Shown: positions 24,146 to 36,990, counted from the whole stretch's first letter. The stretch is DNA of 63,521 nt, filler included, from Octopus bimaculoides (GCF_001194135.2; 7 parts of 6 records of this genome joined end to end with filler, not necessarily neighbours in it), one strand, 5' to 3'. Made by a program: numbers and translations. The notes: generated by a model not told the origin, from the sequence alone.

Positions 24146-25221
24146 CATGATCATCAGGCCAGGACAGGCACGGGAGCATGCGCCGTTGCAGCATCCACCA
24201 TTTCTCAGTATTTGCTCAGATCGTCCTAGGGAAACCCCATCCGAGCAGCGTCCCACTCAGTCCCCATCTCTGAGAGTTACTTCCTCGTCCACCGCGACCA
24301 TGTGACACGTGGTCGACCAACATGAGCCCTCACCCCAGCCAGATCCTCAGAGAAGCAAACACGATATGCAGGTAACTTTATCGAGTCCGACGTACGTCTT
24401 TTCTCCTCCATCAGTGCATTTGTGATCATCTATTACTTGAACAACTATAACTTACATTAATAGAGTTTATATATATATATATATNNNNNNNNNNNNNNNN
24501 NNNNNNNNNNNNNNNNNNNNNNNNNNNNNNNNNNNNNNNNNNNNNNNNNNNNNNNNNNNNNNNNNNNNNNNNNNNNNNNNNNNNNNNNNNNNNNNNNNNN
24601 NNNNNNNNNNNNNNNNNNNNNNNNNNNNNNNNNNNNNNNNNNNNNNNNNNNNNNNNNNNNNNNNNNNNNNNNNNNNNNNNNNNNNNNNNNNNNNNNNNNN
24701 NNNNNNNNNNNNNNNNNNNNNNNNNNNNNNNNNNNNNNNNNNNNNNNNNNNNNNNNNNNNNNNNNNNNNNNNNNNNNNNNNNNNNNNNNNNNNNNNNNNN
24801 NNNNNNNNNNNNNNNNNNNNNNNNNNNNNNNNNNNNNNNNNNNNNNNNNNNNNNNNNNNNNNNNNNNNNNNNNNNNNNNNNNNNNNNNNNNNNNNNNNNN
24901 NNNNNNNNNNNNNNNNNNNNNNNNNNNNNNNNNNNNNNNNNNNNNNNNNNNNNNNNNNNNNNNNNNNNNNNNNNNNNNNNNNNNNNNNNNNNNNNNNNNN
25001 NNNNNNNNNNNNNNNNNNNNNNNNNNNNNNNNNNNNNNNNNNNNNNNNNNNNNNNNNNNNNNNNNNNNNNNNNNNNNNNNNNNNNNNNNNNNNNNNNNNN
25101 NNNNNNNNNNNNNNNNNNNNNNNNNNNNNNNNNNNNNNNNNNNNNNNNNNNNNNNNNNNNNNNNNNNNNNNNNNNNNNNNNNNNNNNNNNNNNNNNNNNN
25201 NNNNNNNNNNNNNNNNNNNNN

Positions 25222-25627
25222 CCAATAGAATTCCTAGAGACAGGAAAATCCTTATGAGACACAGAACAAAGTTCTCAAACCAGTTAAATAGAGAACTGGA
25301 GGATAGGAAAAGGGCTAAATTAAAACTAACACTGTTAGAAATAGAAAACAAGATCAAACTCTCCCATGAAAAGGAGAGAGCAGAGAAGGAGAAGAGAGCA
25401 GAGAAGGAGAAAAGAGCAGAGAAGGAGAAGAGAGCAGTAGAAAGCATAAAAACAAACCCCAAGGCTTTCTATAGATTTGCAAAAGAGACTGCTACGGCAC
25501 AGTATAAAATAGGACCCTTATTCCTGCCTAATGGCCCACTGACTGCAGATCTCACATGGATAAGTGAAGTGCTCAGGGCACAATTCAAGAGTGTCTTCAC
25601 TTCTCCTCTGAGTCACATGCAGATAAA
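25222..25627 (+). mobile_element. CR1/Jockey-like LINE ORF2 fragment (region preceding the RT), both ends at gaps
   Basis: Open frame: KLSHEKER...AVESIKTNPKAFYRFAK...IGPLFLPNG...ISEVLRAQFKSVFT; overlaps the 50361 copy with 2 mismatches in ~68 nt. Confidence 0.8.
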
Positions 25628-26149
25628 NNNNNNNNNNNNNNNNNNNNNNNNNNNNNNNNNNNNNNNNNNNNTTAATTAATTAANNNNNNNNNNNNNNNNN
25701 NNNNNNNNNNNNNNNNNNNNNNNNNNNTATATATATATAAGTATATGTATGTATGTATGTGTGTTATCAATCAGTTTCATTTCTGTATTTCTTGTCCATA
25801 GAGAAAGAGCCGGACTCTAACAGATTCAAGGGTCCTTCATTGGAACTTTTATCAACATCATCTAGGTATTTGTGCATATGTGTGTGTGTGCAGTATTTGG
25901 TGTTAGTGTATGCACAGATTTGTATGTTTGTTTTATGGATGCGTTTTTATGTCTAGATGCATGCATATGTATTTATGTGCTAAATTTTGGGAATGTATGT
26001 ATGTATGTATGCATGTATGTATATATGTATAAAGAGGACGAAGAGGAAGAAACAACAACTGTACTGTAGAATTAACCTTAAATCAGAGACCTATCCCAAA
26101 TGCCTGTCACGGAGTGGACTTCAGTAACGAAACAATTACCAAATTAACT

Positions 26150-26900
26150 GTGTGGCAGATTCGTTCTAACACAAAGGAATATGTGCAGTTTCTCGAGTGT
26201 TGGTATTACTTATTATTTCTAGGAAGTTGCCTTATTTATTATCAACTCGAACGTATATTTGTCATATTGTTCAGCCTTGTATAGATATTGAACAAGCCTG
26301 TGAAGCTGCATTTATCTGTCATTTTCTCTGTACAGTACTTCTAGGACTAAATTATATATTGTGTCTTACCTTCTTCGAAAAAGGAAGCATGATGGTAGTG
26401 ATACTTGCTTATGATTTCTATGATACTATCGTGCTTATATTTGGAGATAATAAATATATTTGCTCATCACCTACTTGATGTATGACGACGAAATATTTAT
26501 CTGAAGTGGTTGACATTACAAAACAAACGATGTTTACAACAGATCATTTTAATATTGGCGCTGATATTTCACCAATGGCTGCTTCTTCAAATATTCTTGT
26601 GTCACATTTCTGGCAATAATATCTTTTATTTTCTTTCCAGGCACTCTTTCAAATAAAATTAGGCTTTGTAGGAGGTAAATCAGAATATTATGTTTCTTGT
26701 TATGACTAAACGTAAAAAAGTCTATGCAAATGACAGGTGTCAACCATTTCATCTGACCAATAACTTCAATAATAACCATTAATAAGATAAAATTCGTTGC
26801 CAACAATGGCTCAGACTACATTTGACAAGATTTGTAATTCCGTTTTGTTAATTACATAAATATTCAAGGAATTATAAATGTTTGGCACAAATCTGTATCA
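26150..26900 (-). pseudogene. Possible heavily decayed PLE reverse transcriptase remnant
   Basis: Minus-strand TGLFNIYTRLNN...IRQLPRNNK resembles the PLE RT C-terminal Y.KPN...SNHP..IKQLP motif; many stops. Confidence 0.35.
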
Positions 26901-27334
26901 TGAAGAATATTTCGATCCAATTAGGTGAGTTGTCATATATGGCAAATGGATAAGACATTGGATTAGTCAGTGTCATTAATGGAATCCGATGTATTCCTTG
27001 ACAACATAACAGAAGAGATAGATAATTTCTGACAAGAAATGATGCGTAGGAAAAGTAGGGGACATTTTGAAGCTCGCAAACTGTTTCCGTCTATGCATTG
27101 AGTTGTCAGATAATTCCATTCGTCTATTTCATTTCAGTTTTATTAATCCTCAGTGTTACTTGGAATAATGTTTTTATTATAGTGTTTTTTTTTCTTATTA
27201 CACACTTTCTTAATCGTTTTCAAAGTTTGAAATAATTTTACCTTTTTCCAGATATTTTAGGAAAGAGTGCCAAGTAAGAGAAAATGAAATAATTTCTCTG
27301 ATAACCCTAAATATGTGTGTTTGTTCTATTTCTT

Positions 27335-27558
27335 TACTACCTACAAGGGGCTACACACAGAGGGGACAAACAAGGACTGACAAACGGATTAAGTCGATTA
27401 TATCGACCCTACTGCGTAACTGGTACTTATTTAATCGATCCAGAAAGGATGAAAGGCTAAGTCGACCTCGGCGGAATTTGAACTCAGAACGTAGCGGCAG
27501 ACGAAATACGGCTAAGCATTTCACTCGGCGTGCTAACGTTTCTGACCATTTGCCGCCT
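27335..27558 (-). mobile_element. SINE family B variant
   Basis: Shares the gggacaaacaaggac.gacaaacggattaagtcg end with 11135-11300. Confidence 0.8.
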
Positions 27559-27559
27559 T

Positions 27560-28250
27560 GTGTCATGGACAAAAACCGGATTACTATCTCCCACTTTGAA
27601 GGGTTTGCGTTTGCAATCCAGGAACAGGAAATATCAACCAAATACCTGATGCTCAGACATGCAAGAAAAGCAGTAAAATGTGACAATCAATGCAAATTTT
27701 GCGGAGTTAACACCGAAGATATCACCCACATCATAAGCAGTTGTCCGAAAATGTCACCACGCTGTTACCTTAGGACACTCTATAATGAAATCCGCTGGAA
27801 GTATAACACCAAAGACAAAGAAATAAGAATCCATGGTATGGTAGAGGCCATAGCCACTTATAATTAAAAGGAGTACTGGTGGAATATCCAAGTGAAAACC
27901 TCAATAAAATGTAGACGCAATAGACCTGATATAATGATTTGAGAGAAATTGCGTACTGTTGTAGAAATCAGCTGCCCAGCGGATGTTAACATGAAGCTGA
28001 AGATGACTGAAAGAGAGAACACCTACGCTGAATTATTGAAAAATCTGGAATTAGTCGATCCAGATTACAAGTTTAGGTTTTTACCTGTAATTATTGGGGC
28101 ACTGGAAGATGTAACACACTGCATATATACCAATCGCGAGAAATAAGATTTCTCAAAAATAGAAAGGAGAAAGGTGATTCGAAGTCTACAGATCCAAGCC
28201 ATCACTGGAACTTTAAAAGTCTGTGAAACTTTCCAGCAGTTTATCATTTA
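27560..28250 (+). pseudogene. LINE 3' end with CCHC knuckle and restriction-like endonuclease (R4/NeSL-type)
   Basis: EGFAFAIQEQEISTKY; CKFCGVNTEDITHIISSCP; EYWWNIQVKT...NRPDIMI..VVEISCPADVN..K..E.ENTY..L; PVIIGAL. Confidence 0.85.
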
Positions 28251-29571
28251 AGTATATATGAACTTGTCTAGATATATAAGTATATGCATGAGAAGACATA
28301 CATAAAGCAAAACATACAAATATGCACGTATGCATACATACATACATACATAAATACATACATACATACATACATACATACACACGTATATAAATACAAA
28401 CATATACGTATATGACGTGCTGCCACACAGTCTGCATCCATCAGGTTTACTCAAAGGACATTGATCAACTCGGAGCTAGAGCAGAGGACATTTGCTGAAG
28501 GTATTGCGCAGTGGGACTCAACCCAAAAGCTCTTAGCAGCAGCGTGAACTTCTTATCTCATCTATACAGATACAGCAGTCTCATACATTAGCTCACTTAG
28601 TAACTGTTAATGTTGCTGTTAAAAACAAATATTAACTCAATCTCATTTCATATGTTGAAATATGCTTAAGCTTGCAAAACGAAAATGAACTTAAATAAAT
28701 CTTCTGAAGAAATATGAATTTAATTCGCTTCAAAACAAACGAAAGTGAAAAAAAAAAACAAACAAACAAAAACGTGAAACAAAACCTAATAAAATGGATG
28801 TGGTGAAATAGCTAAGTATAAATAAATTAAAGGAACTTAAATTTCACTATGCTGAATTTCCAAAGTAGGATGTTGAAAACTTAACGATTTATTAGATTGT
28901 ACGATTTAAGGACGACGAAAAGAATTGAGTAAAAACAAAAGTTAACAACTGTTATTCAAAGCTAAACTTTGTTAGAGAACTGAAGCAGCTACATAAAAAT
29001 AAAAACAAAAAAATAGGTAAAGAAAATATTCTAACGTTATTATCATATTTCCAGTATAGATTACTTTGCGTGAATAAAAGTATATAAATATATGATTGTT
29101 TCTAACTCAGAAAAATATATGGTTTTCTGTACGTAGAATTTGGTAAATAAAATAACTCGTAAAATTAAATTACAATTGAAAAATTGATTTCACAGAAACT
29201 GATAAGAACTATATGAAAGCAATGTAAATTATAGGTGAGTAACAATTTTTGGAAAGAAAGAAGCATAATTATGTTTTTTTTTAAATATATGAATTATTAT
29301 GTTTGAAAATTTGTTAAATAAATGTGATAATAAGCGTTAGTGAGTGAAAGATATCACTAATTAAAAGAAAAGTTGTTTTAGGCAGGGATGTAAACCTTCA
29401 GAAGGAAAATAATTGTAGAATATAAGTAATGAAAATTAACTACATGTATATATACGTACGTACACACACACACACAGATACACACAAACACACGCGCACA
29501 CACAGACACGGACACTCACTCACACACACAAAATTCATACTCACAAACATAAATGTATACATATATGTATA

Positions 29572-30178
29572 TATACCTGATAGCAGAAGGCTTGTGCTAC
29601 AACTCAATGCAATTATCGAATTAGCGTTATTTCATCGGAATATTACTAAGATTCAATAATAAGATAATTGTGTACAAATTATGCACAACAGCATAAGACA
29701 CAGATTATAAAACTACGTTCGCAAATATAAAAACAAGTGCATGCATGCTTGCATGCGAACGGTCGTACACACTTATATAAACGTAGCTAAATAGAANNNN
29801 NNNNNNNNNNNNNNNNNNNNNNNNNNNNNNNNNNNNNNNNNNNNNNNNNNNNNNNNNNNNNNNNNNNNNNNNNNNNNNNNNNNNNNNNNNNNNNNNNNNN
29901 NNNNNNNNNNNNNNNNNNNNNNNNNNNNNNNNNNNNNNNNNNNNNNNNNNNNNNNNNNNNNNNNNNNNNNNNNNNNNNNNNNNNNNNNNNNNNNNNNNNN
30001 NNNNNNNNNNNNNNNNNNNNNNNNNNNNNNNNNNNNNNNNNNNNNNNNNNNNNNNNNNNNNNNNNNNNNNNNNNNNNNNNNNNNNNNNNNNNNNNNNNNN
30101 NNNNNNNNNNNNNNNNNNNNNNNNNNNNNNNNNNNNNNNNNNNNNNNNNNNNNNNNNNNNNNNNNNNNNNNNNNNNNN

Positions 30179-30244
<66 letters not shown>

Positions 30245-30503
30245 TATAGACAAATAGATAGATATACATATATGTATATATACCTGATAGCAGAAGGCTT
30301 GTGCTACAACTCAATGCAATTATCGAATTAGCGTTATTTCATCGGAATATTACTAAGATTCAATAATAAGATAATTGTGTACAAATTATGCACAACAGCA
30401 TAAGACACAGATTATAAAACTACGTTCGCAAATATAAAAACAAGTGCATGCATGCTTGCATGCGAACGGTCGTACACACTTATATAAACGTAGCTAAATA
30501 GAA
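29572..30503 (+). repeat. Identical ~225-bp segment on both sides of a gap
   Basis: 29572-29796 equals 30279-30503 by inspection. Confidence 0.85.
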
Positions 30504-30768
30504 ATGTATGAAATAGAAAGAAGCATGCGTATATAAATGCATGATAACTCCCACTCACGCACGCGTGAATTTATATGGGGTGACAGCGCTTAGCAGTAAT
30601 GTGTATAAATATACGAACTTGTTACCAGTTCAAATATGCTTGAAGCATATTCGAATTACCATGAAACCTATTCAATATGTAAAGGAAATTTCTTGTTGAT
30701 AAATAAATGTAAATACACCTCAAGTTCATCTACACAAACTGTGGGATGCAGCTGTGATTGAATTGAGC

Positions 30769-30816
<48 letters not shown>

Positions 30817-32029
30817 NNNNNNNNNNNNNNNNNNNNNNNNNNNNNNNNNNNNNNNNNNNNNNNNNNNNNNNNNNNNNNNNNNNNNNNNNNNNNNNNNNNN
30901 NNNNNNNNNNNNNNNNNNNNNNNNNNNNNNNNNNNNNNNNNNNNNNNNNNNNNNNNNNNNNNNNNNNNNNNNNNNNNNNNNNNNNNNNNNNNNNNNNNNN
31001 NNNNNNNNNNNNNNNNNNNNNNNNNNNNNNNNNNNNNNNNNNNNNNNNNNNNNNNNNNNNNNNNNNNNNNNNNNNNNNNNNNNNNNNNNNNNNNNNNNNN
31101 NNNNNNNNNNNNNNNNNNNNNNNNNNNNNNNNNNNNNNNNNNNNNNNNNNNNNNNNNNNNNNNNNNNNNNNNNNNNNNNNNNNNNNNNNNNNNNNNNNNN
31201 NNNNNNNNNNNNNNNNNNNNNNNNNNNNNNNNNNNNNNNNNNNNNNNNNNNNNNNNNNNNNNNNNNNNNNNNNNNNNNNNNNNNNNNNNNNNNNNNNNNN
31301 NNNNNNNNNNNNNNNNNNNNNNNNNNNNNNNNNNNNNNNNNNNNNNNNNNNNNNNNNNNNNNNNNNNNNNNNNNNNNNNNNNNNNNNNNNNNNNNNNNNN
31401 NNNNNNNNNNNNNNNNNNNNNNNNNNNNNNNNNNNNNNNNNNNNNNNNNNNNNNNNNNNNNNNNNNNNNNNNNNNNNNNNNNNNNNNNNNNNNNNNNNNN
31501 NNNNNNNNNNNNNNNNNNNNNNNNNNNNNNNNNNNNNNNNNNNNNNNNNNNNNNNNNNNNNNNNNNNNNNNNNNNNNNNNNNNNNNNNNNNNNNNNNNNN
31601 NNNNNNNNNNNNNNNNNNNNNNNNNNNNNNNNNNNNNNNNNNNNNNNNNNNNNNNNNNNNNNNNNNNNNNNNNNNNNNNNCCCTTTCAGATATACTTACA
31701 TTGTGATTTCTGCAATGTGGTGCATAAATTGTCAAGTAAATGAGACGCATCTTTGCCTCCACTGATTCACTTGCAAAGTGTTGAGTAAAATTATTTCGTT
31801 GCAGACCTCCTTTGGGTCTTTTTATTATCACTACGACACACATAGTCCCCAGTTGGTAACATTGATTTCAAGGCCCTCCTAGATGAGAGACTGGCATTCC
31901 ACTTAATGTCTATGTTCCATGCTGGCATGGATTGGAGAGTTATTAATGTAGAAATATGGTATCGTAGCTACTAACAGTTGAGGGTTGCGTAGTCTAGACG
32001 GCGTTTTTAGATTTCATTATTCTCTTTAA

Positions 32030-32058
32030 CCCGGGCAAAGCCGGGCATTTCTGCTAGT
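32030..32058 (+). mobile_element. Helitron-type 3' terminus
   Basis: GC hairpin CCCGG-GCAAAG-CCGGG, 8-nt spacer, then CTAG followed by T. Confidence 0.6.
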
Positions 32059-32342
32059 AATATATAAATAACTGTGTTTTTTTTCTCAAAATTCACAAAG
32101 GCTTTCATACAAATACAAATATACAAATATATTTTTACATGTCCCATATGCTATACTTTCATATTTCATTTATGTATTTTTTATTATCACTATTTTTTTC
32201 CTGTTGTACACTTATTTTGATTTTGATTTTAATTCTATTTTTTATTTTAATTTCTATCTTATTTTTGCTATTGTTTTTGTTCTGGTCTCTACTACACCTC
32301 TGTTTTTACCTCTTGCTCTATATTTTTATGAAACCCTGTGTG

Positions 32343-32471
32343 AATCTCTGAAGAGGCCTAGTGGTTCGGGCATGTAACCCCATTTCAACATGTCATCCGA
32401 TAATCACTCCGGCAAGAAATATTCGGATAGAATGGGGCATGCTAAAACTAGGCCGAAACAGCTGTAAGATT
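32343..32471 (+). ncRNA. Type-I hammerhead ribozyme, intact core, 100-nt rod-like helix II
   Basis: AAUCU-CUGAAGA-GGCCUAGU...ACUAGGCC-GAAA-CAGCUG-UA-AGAUU; all three helices pair; predicted cleavage after A32466. Confidence 0.9.
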
Positions 32472-32842
32472 AAACTTCTGTTCATTCTGTAATTCCTTAT
32501 GTACTTTGTACTTCTATATGTAAACCGGGTTGACAAAATAACATAGTTTGTCATAGTCACCTGTACTTTGGTTTTTTTCTTTCTTTTTTTTTTGGTCACT
32601 TTAGCTACGAATCAAATTAATGAATTCAACGGGATGCATTGTCTGCAAGTAGTTGGGTTCAGCATATTATCCTCCATTTTCTAATTGTTATACAAATTTG
32701 GGGTAAAACCTCCACTTTTACCCGCTCCCATTGATTGTACTTGGTATAACACTAGTGTAGCAAAAATTGGGTACCCTCCCAGCAGTATACTGGATAGATA
32801 CTATCCCTTAGTGGGTTGAACCCTCAACCCCTAACTCTCTCG

Positions 32843-32884
<42 letters not shown>

Positions 32885-34924
32885 GATGGCAGAGAAAAAA
32901 TGTAAGATATTTAGGTTATACTATTAACACAGACAGCAATGAACGGAAATAAATAGCAAAGTGAGAACTTTTATATGATGCTGATCATCTTTTGTGAACA
33001 CATTGTCAGTTTTAAGATTTAGAATTACGAGAAACCAGTAAATGTGTCTTAGGAATGATGACACATTGGTTAGAAATAGATTCTTTTTTGTAACTTGATG
33101 ACTTTGCTCTAGATTCTGATCAACATACACAAAATCATTCAGATTTTATTTCGGCTGATGATTTTTATGTCTTTGGACTGAGTTGCTTCTACCTTATAGG
33201 TGTACATGTATGCGTGTATCTATATATATGTGTGTGTATAATTATACCTATCTCTCTATTTACCAGTCTCTCTCTGTCTTTGTTTGTCTGTCTGCCTCTC
33301 GCTGTATATATACCCTAACTCTTTGAAACGCCATTGTTTTAATGGTAGCAGCTGATGAAGGATATGTTCTCTATGTGGCCTGCGTGTTTTTTGCACCTTG
33401 TTTATCATTTTGTCTATGTTTTTTGCAACGTCATGTATCCAGATATGTATCTATATGTACATGTAGATGAAGGTATGTACATACATGTACATATATAAGC
33501 ACATACTCATATATTGTTTATATATATATATATATATATATATNNNNNNNNNNNNNNNNNNNNNNNNNNNNNNNNNNNNNNNNNNNNNNNNNNNNNNNNN
33601 NNNNNNNNNNNNNNNNNNNNNNNNNNNNNNNNNNNNNNNNNNNNNNNNNNNNNNNNNNNNNNNNNNNNNNNNNNNNNNNNNNNNNNNNNNNNNNNNNNNN
33701 NNNNNNNNNNNNNNNNNNNNNNNNNNNNNNNNNNNNNNNNNNNNNNNNNNNNNNNNNNNNNNNNNNNNNNNNNNNNNNNNNNNNNNNNNNNNNNNNNNNN
33801 NNNNNNNNNNNNNNNNNNNNNNNNNNNNNNNNNNNNNNNNNNNNNNNNNNNNNNNNNNNNNNNNNNNNNNNNNNNNNNNNNNNNNNNNNNNNNNNNNNNN
33901 NNNNNNNNNNNNNNNNNNNNNNNNNNNNNNNNNNNNNNNNNNNNNNNNNNNNNNNNNNNNNNNNNNNNNNNNNNNNNNNNNNNNNNTATATATATATACG
34001 TACATACGTACATACATACATACATACATACATACATACATACATACATGTATGTATAATTCTGTTAGCGTCTTTCATCCGATCAGTTGACCACATTGAG
34101 AAAACAACTTCCGTCTTGTGAGACACAATTAGAAGGCAGTGTCTTATTACCAGAAACAAAATATAGAAAGGAGACGGCAATAATTATTGAGAGATGACTT
34201 ATGATTTGTAATATTACTGTAGGAAACTGAAGACCTGACAAATTAACGTTTGATATTACAGGATAATGTATTTGATAGTAAATGCCAGATCTATTCATTG
34301 TGTAAATTGAATATAATATTACCCACTTCCTGTATTGTCTGTTATGTGATATGTTAGTTTTCATTTCGTTTGTCCAACGTATTTGATTGGCCATCAAAAT
34401 TTGAATATAATTACTTGATACACATTATATATTTTGATATAATTATATAAATATTCAAGTGCTTTAGTAAAAATAATTATTTAGTTTTATCTAGTATACC
34501 TTCTCATTTATATATTAATTTTAAACACGATCCATTGAAGCGGAGATGTCTGTACACACATACAGACATGCTTATATATACACACATACACGTACACACA
34601 ACAGACACGCACACATAAATATATGCATACACACACATATATGTGCTGAGTCCTGTGTGTACAAATAGATGTACGATTGCTACAGTTAATTTTAGTGAGT
34701 CAATTAGATTGTCATCCTCCAGTTTGAGCCAAGCATAATGGATATTACTTCTCTGTAACATAATGCCGTAAAGTATTCTTCGAATGTCCGTTGTAGTTAA
34801 GCATTCAATTGCACTTAGAACATCCAATGCACTATTAAACAACCAGGATGGTTAAAGATACGTAAGAACGAATTACATAAACTTATGTTTGTCATATTTT
34901 CTCACGTGTCACTTTTCGCTTTTA

Positions 34925-35529
34925 ATCCTTTACTCGTTTCAGTCATCAGACATTGGCTATGCATGGTCTCAGCCTTGAAGGATTTAGTCAAACAGATTTA
35001 CTCCAGTGGACTGTTTTTAAAGTATAATACTTATTCTATCGGTTCCTTTTTGCCGAAGCGTTAGACTATGAGACCTTAACAAAACAGCATCGGTTGTTAA
35101 GCATTGGTGGGGGACAAATACAAACACAAATATGTACATACATACATACATACCACTCGTTAGAGTTTGCTATGTGGAGAGCTATAGTAGAAGACACATT
35201 TGCCCAGTGTGTCATGCAGTGGAACTAAACCAGGACCGTATGGTTGAGCAAAAATCTTCTTACCACACAACTACACACACAGACACCCTCAAACAGGTAC
35301 CCCCACACAGACACACACACGTTCGTTTATTATTCTTTTATTCTTTCATTTTGGTCATGCTGGAGCACCGCCTTAAGTCAAACAAATCGACCCCAGAACT
35401 TATTCTTTGCAAGCCTAGTTCTTATTCTATCGGTCTCTTTGCCAAACCACTAACTTACTGGGACGTAAACACACCAGCATCGGTTGTCAAGCGATGGTGG
35501 GGGACAAACACAGACGCACATGTCTGTCA

Positions 35530-35573
<44 letters not shown>

Positions 35574-36186
35574 GTCTACGTAAATATCTGTCTATCTATG
35601 TAGCTATCAATCTGTCTGTCTGTCTGTATGTCTGTCTGTTTGTCTGTCTGTCTATCTATCTATCCATCTATCTATCTATCTAAGATGGAGGTGGAAATAG
35701 CACATAAGTAAGTCTAAGACATTTCAATTTAAGTAGAATTATCATAAAAATGATGTTAAAAAATTATATAAAAAAATGTATTCGGTTTCGATAAATCTCA
35801 TCTCATCAAATATTTGTAAAAAGTTTTAAAAATTTCAAGTAAAAACAGTTTATCTTCTGTCTGGAGATTTTTGGTTCAAGTCTCCTTTAAATATAGTTTT
35901 GTATAGAGTTTGAAGTGTTATATGTGTATGTCAGTGTGTATGCGTGTGTGTGTGGGTGTACGTACGTATGTATACCATTATTTTATTATTTTATTTGTTT
36001 CAGTTATTTGATTGCGGCCATGCTGAAGCACCGCCTTTTAGTCGAACAAATCGACCCCAGGAATTATTGTTTGTAAGCGTAGTCCTTATTCTGTTGGTAT
36101 CCTATGCAAAACAGCTAAGTTACCGGTACGTAAACACATCAATATCGGTTGTCAAGCGATGGTGAGAGGACAAACACAGACACTCA

Positions 36187-36222
<36 letters not shown>

Positions 36223-36512
36223 NNNNNNNNNNNNNNNNNNNNNNNNNNNNNNNNNNNNNNNNNNNNNNNNNNNNNNNNNNNNNNNNNNNNNNNNNNNNNN
36301 NNNNNNNNNNNNNNNNNNNNNNNNNNNNNNNNNNNNNNNNNNNNNNNNNNNNATATATATATGGTACGCTTCTTTCAGTTTCCGTCTAACAAATACATCC
36401 ACAAGGCTTTAGTAGGCCCGAGGCTATAGTAGAAAATACTACTCCAAGGTGCTACGCAGTGGACTGAACCCGAAACCATGTGGTCGGTAAGCAAGTTACT
36501 TACCACACAGCC
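34925..36512 (-). mobile_element. Three SINE family A copies interleaved with microsatellites
   Basis: About 34925-35270, 35335-35520 and 35990-36512, all reverse complements of family A; the last has a gap in its central (TA)n. Confidence 0.8.
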
Positions 36513-36604
36513 TTTTTTAATTATGTTTTAAAGCCAAAACAATATAATTAATAAAAATAAACAAGCTAATAATAAAATTATCCTCCTGCCTTTTAATTAT
36601 ATGG

Positions 36605-36990
36605 TTGGTTGGCACTCCGTCGGTTACGACGACGAGGGTTCCAGTTAATCCGATCAACGGAACAGCCTACCCGTGAAATTAATGTGCAAGTGGCTGAGCA
36701 CTCCACAGAAACATGTGCCATTAACGTATTTCTCGGAGAGATTCAGTGTGACACAGAATGTGACAAGGTTGGCCCTTTGAAATATAGGTACAACAGAAAC
36801 AGGAAGAAAGAGTGAGAGAAAGTTGTCGTGAAAGAGTACAGCAGGGTTCGCCACAACTCCCTGCCAGAGCCTTGTGGAGCTTTAGGTGTTTTCGCCCAAT
36901 AGACACTCACAAGGCCCGGTCTGGGAATCGAAACCGCAACCCTACGACCGCGAGTCCGCTGCCCTACCCACTGGGCCATTGCGCCTCCAC
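36605..36990 (-). mobile_element. Near full-length tRNA-derived SINE family D
   Basis: Minus-strand head GTGGAGGCGCAA-TGGCCCAGTGG (A box, 36978-36968)...GGTTTCGATTCC (B box, 36935-36924). Confidence 0.8.

Noticed and set aside
33319-33364. GAAA...hairpin...UA-GCAG-CUGAUGA in permuted (type II) hammerhead order
   Set aside because: Helix I would be only 4 nt in total and helix II pairs poorly
34930-34955. Minus-strand CUGAUGA-CU-GAAA
   Set aside because: A variant of the SINE A tail (caaatgactgaaac); no room for helix II
35778-35815. Minus-strand UUGAUGA-GAUGA-GAU-UUAUC-GAAA hammerhead-like string
   Set aside because: C3 is mutated, and helices I and III do not pair properly; could be chance in AT-rich DNA
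36915-36990. tRNA genes suggested by A/B boxes in SINE heads
   Set aside because: They continue directly into SINE bodies and do not form complete cloverleaves
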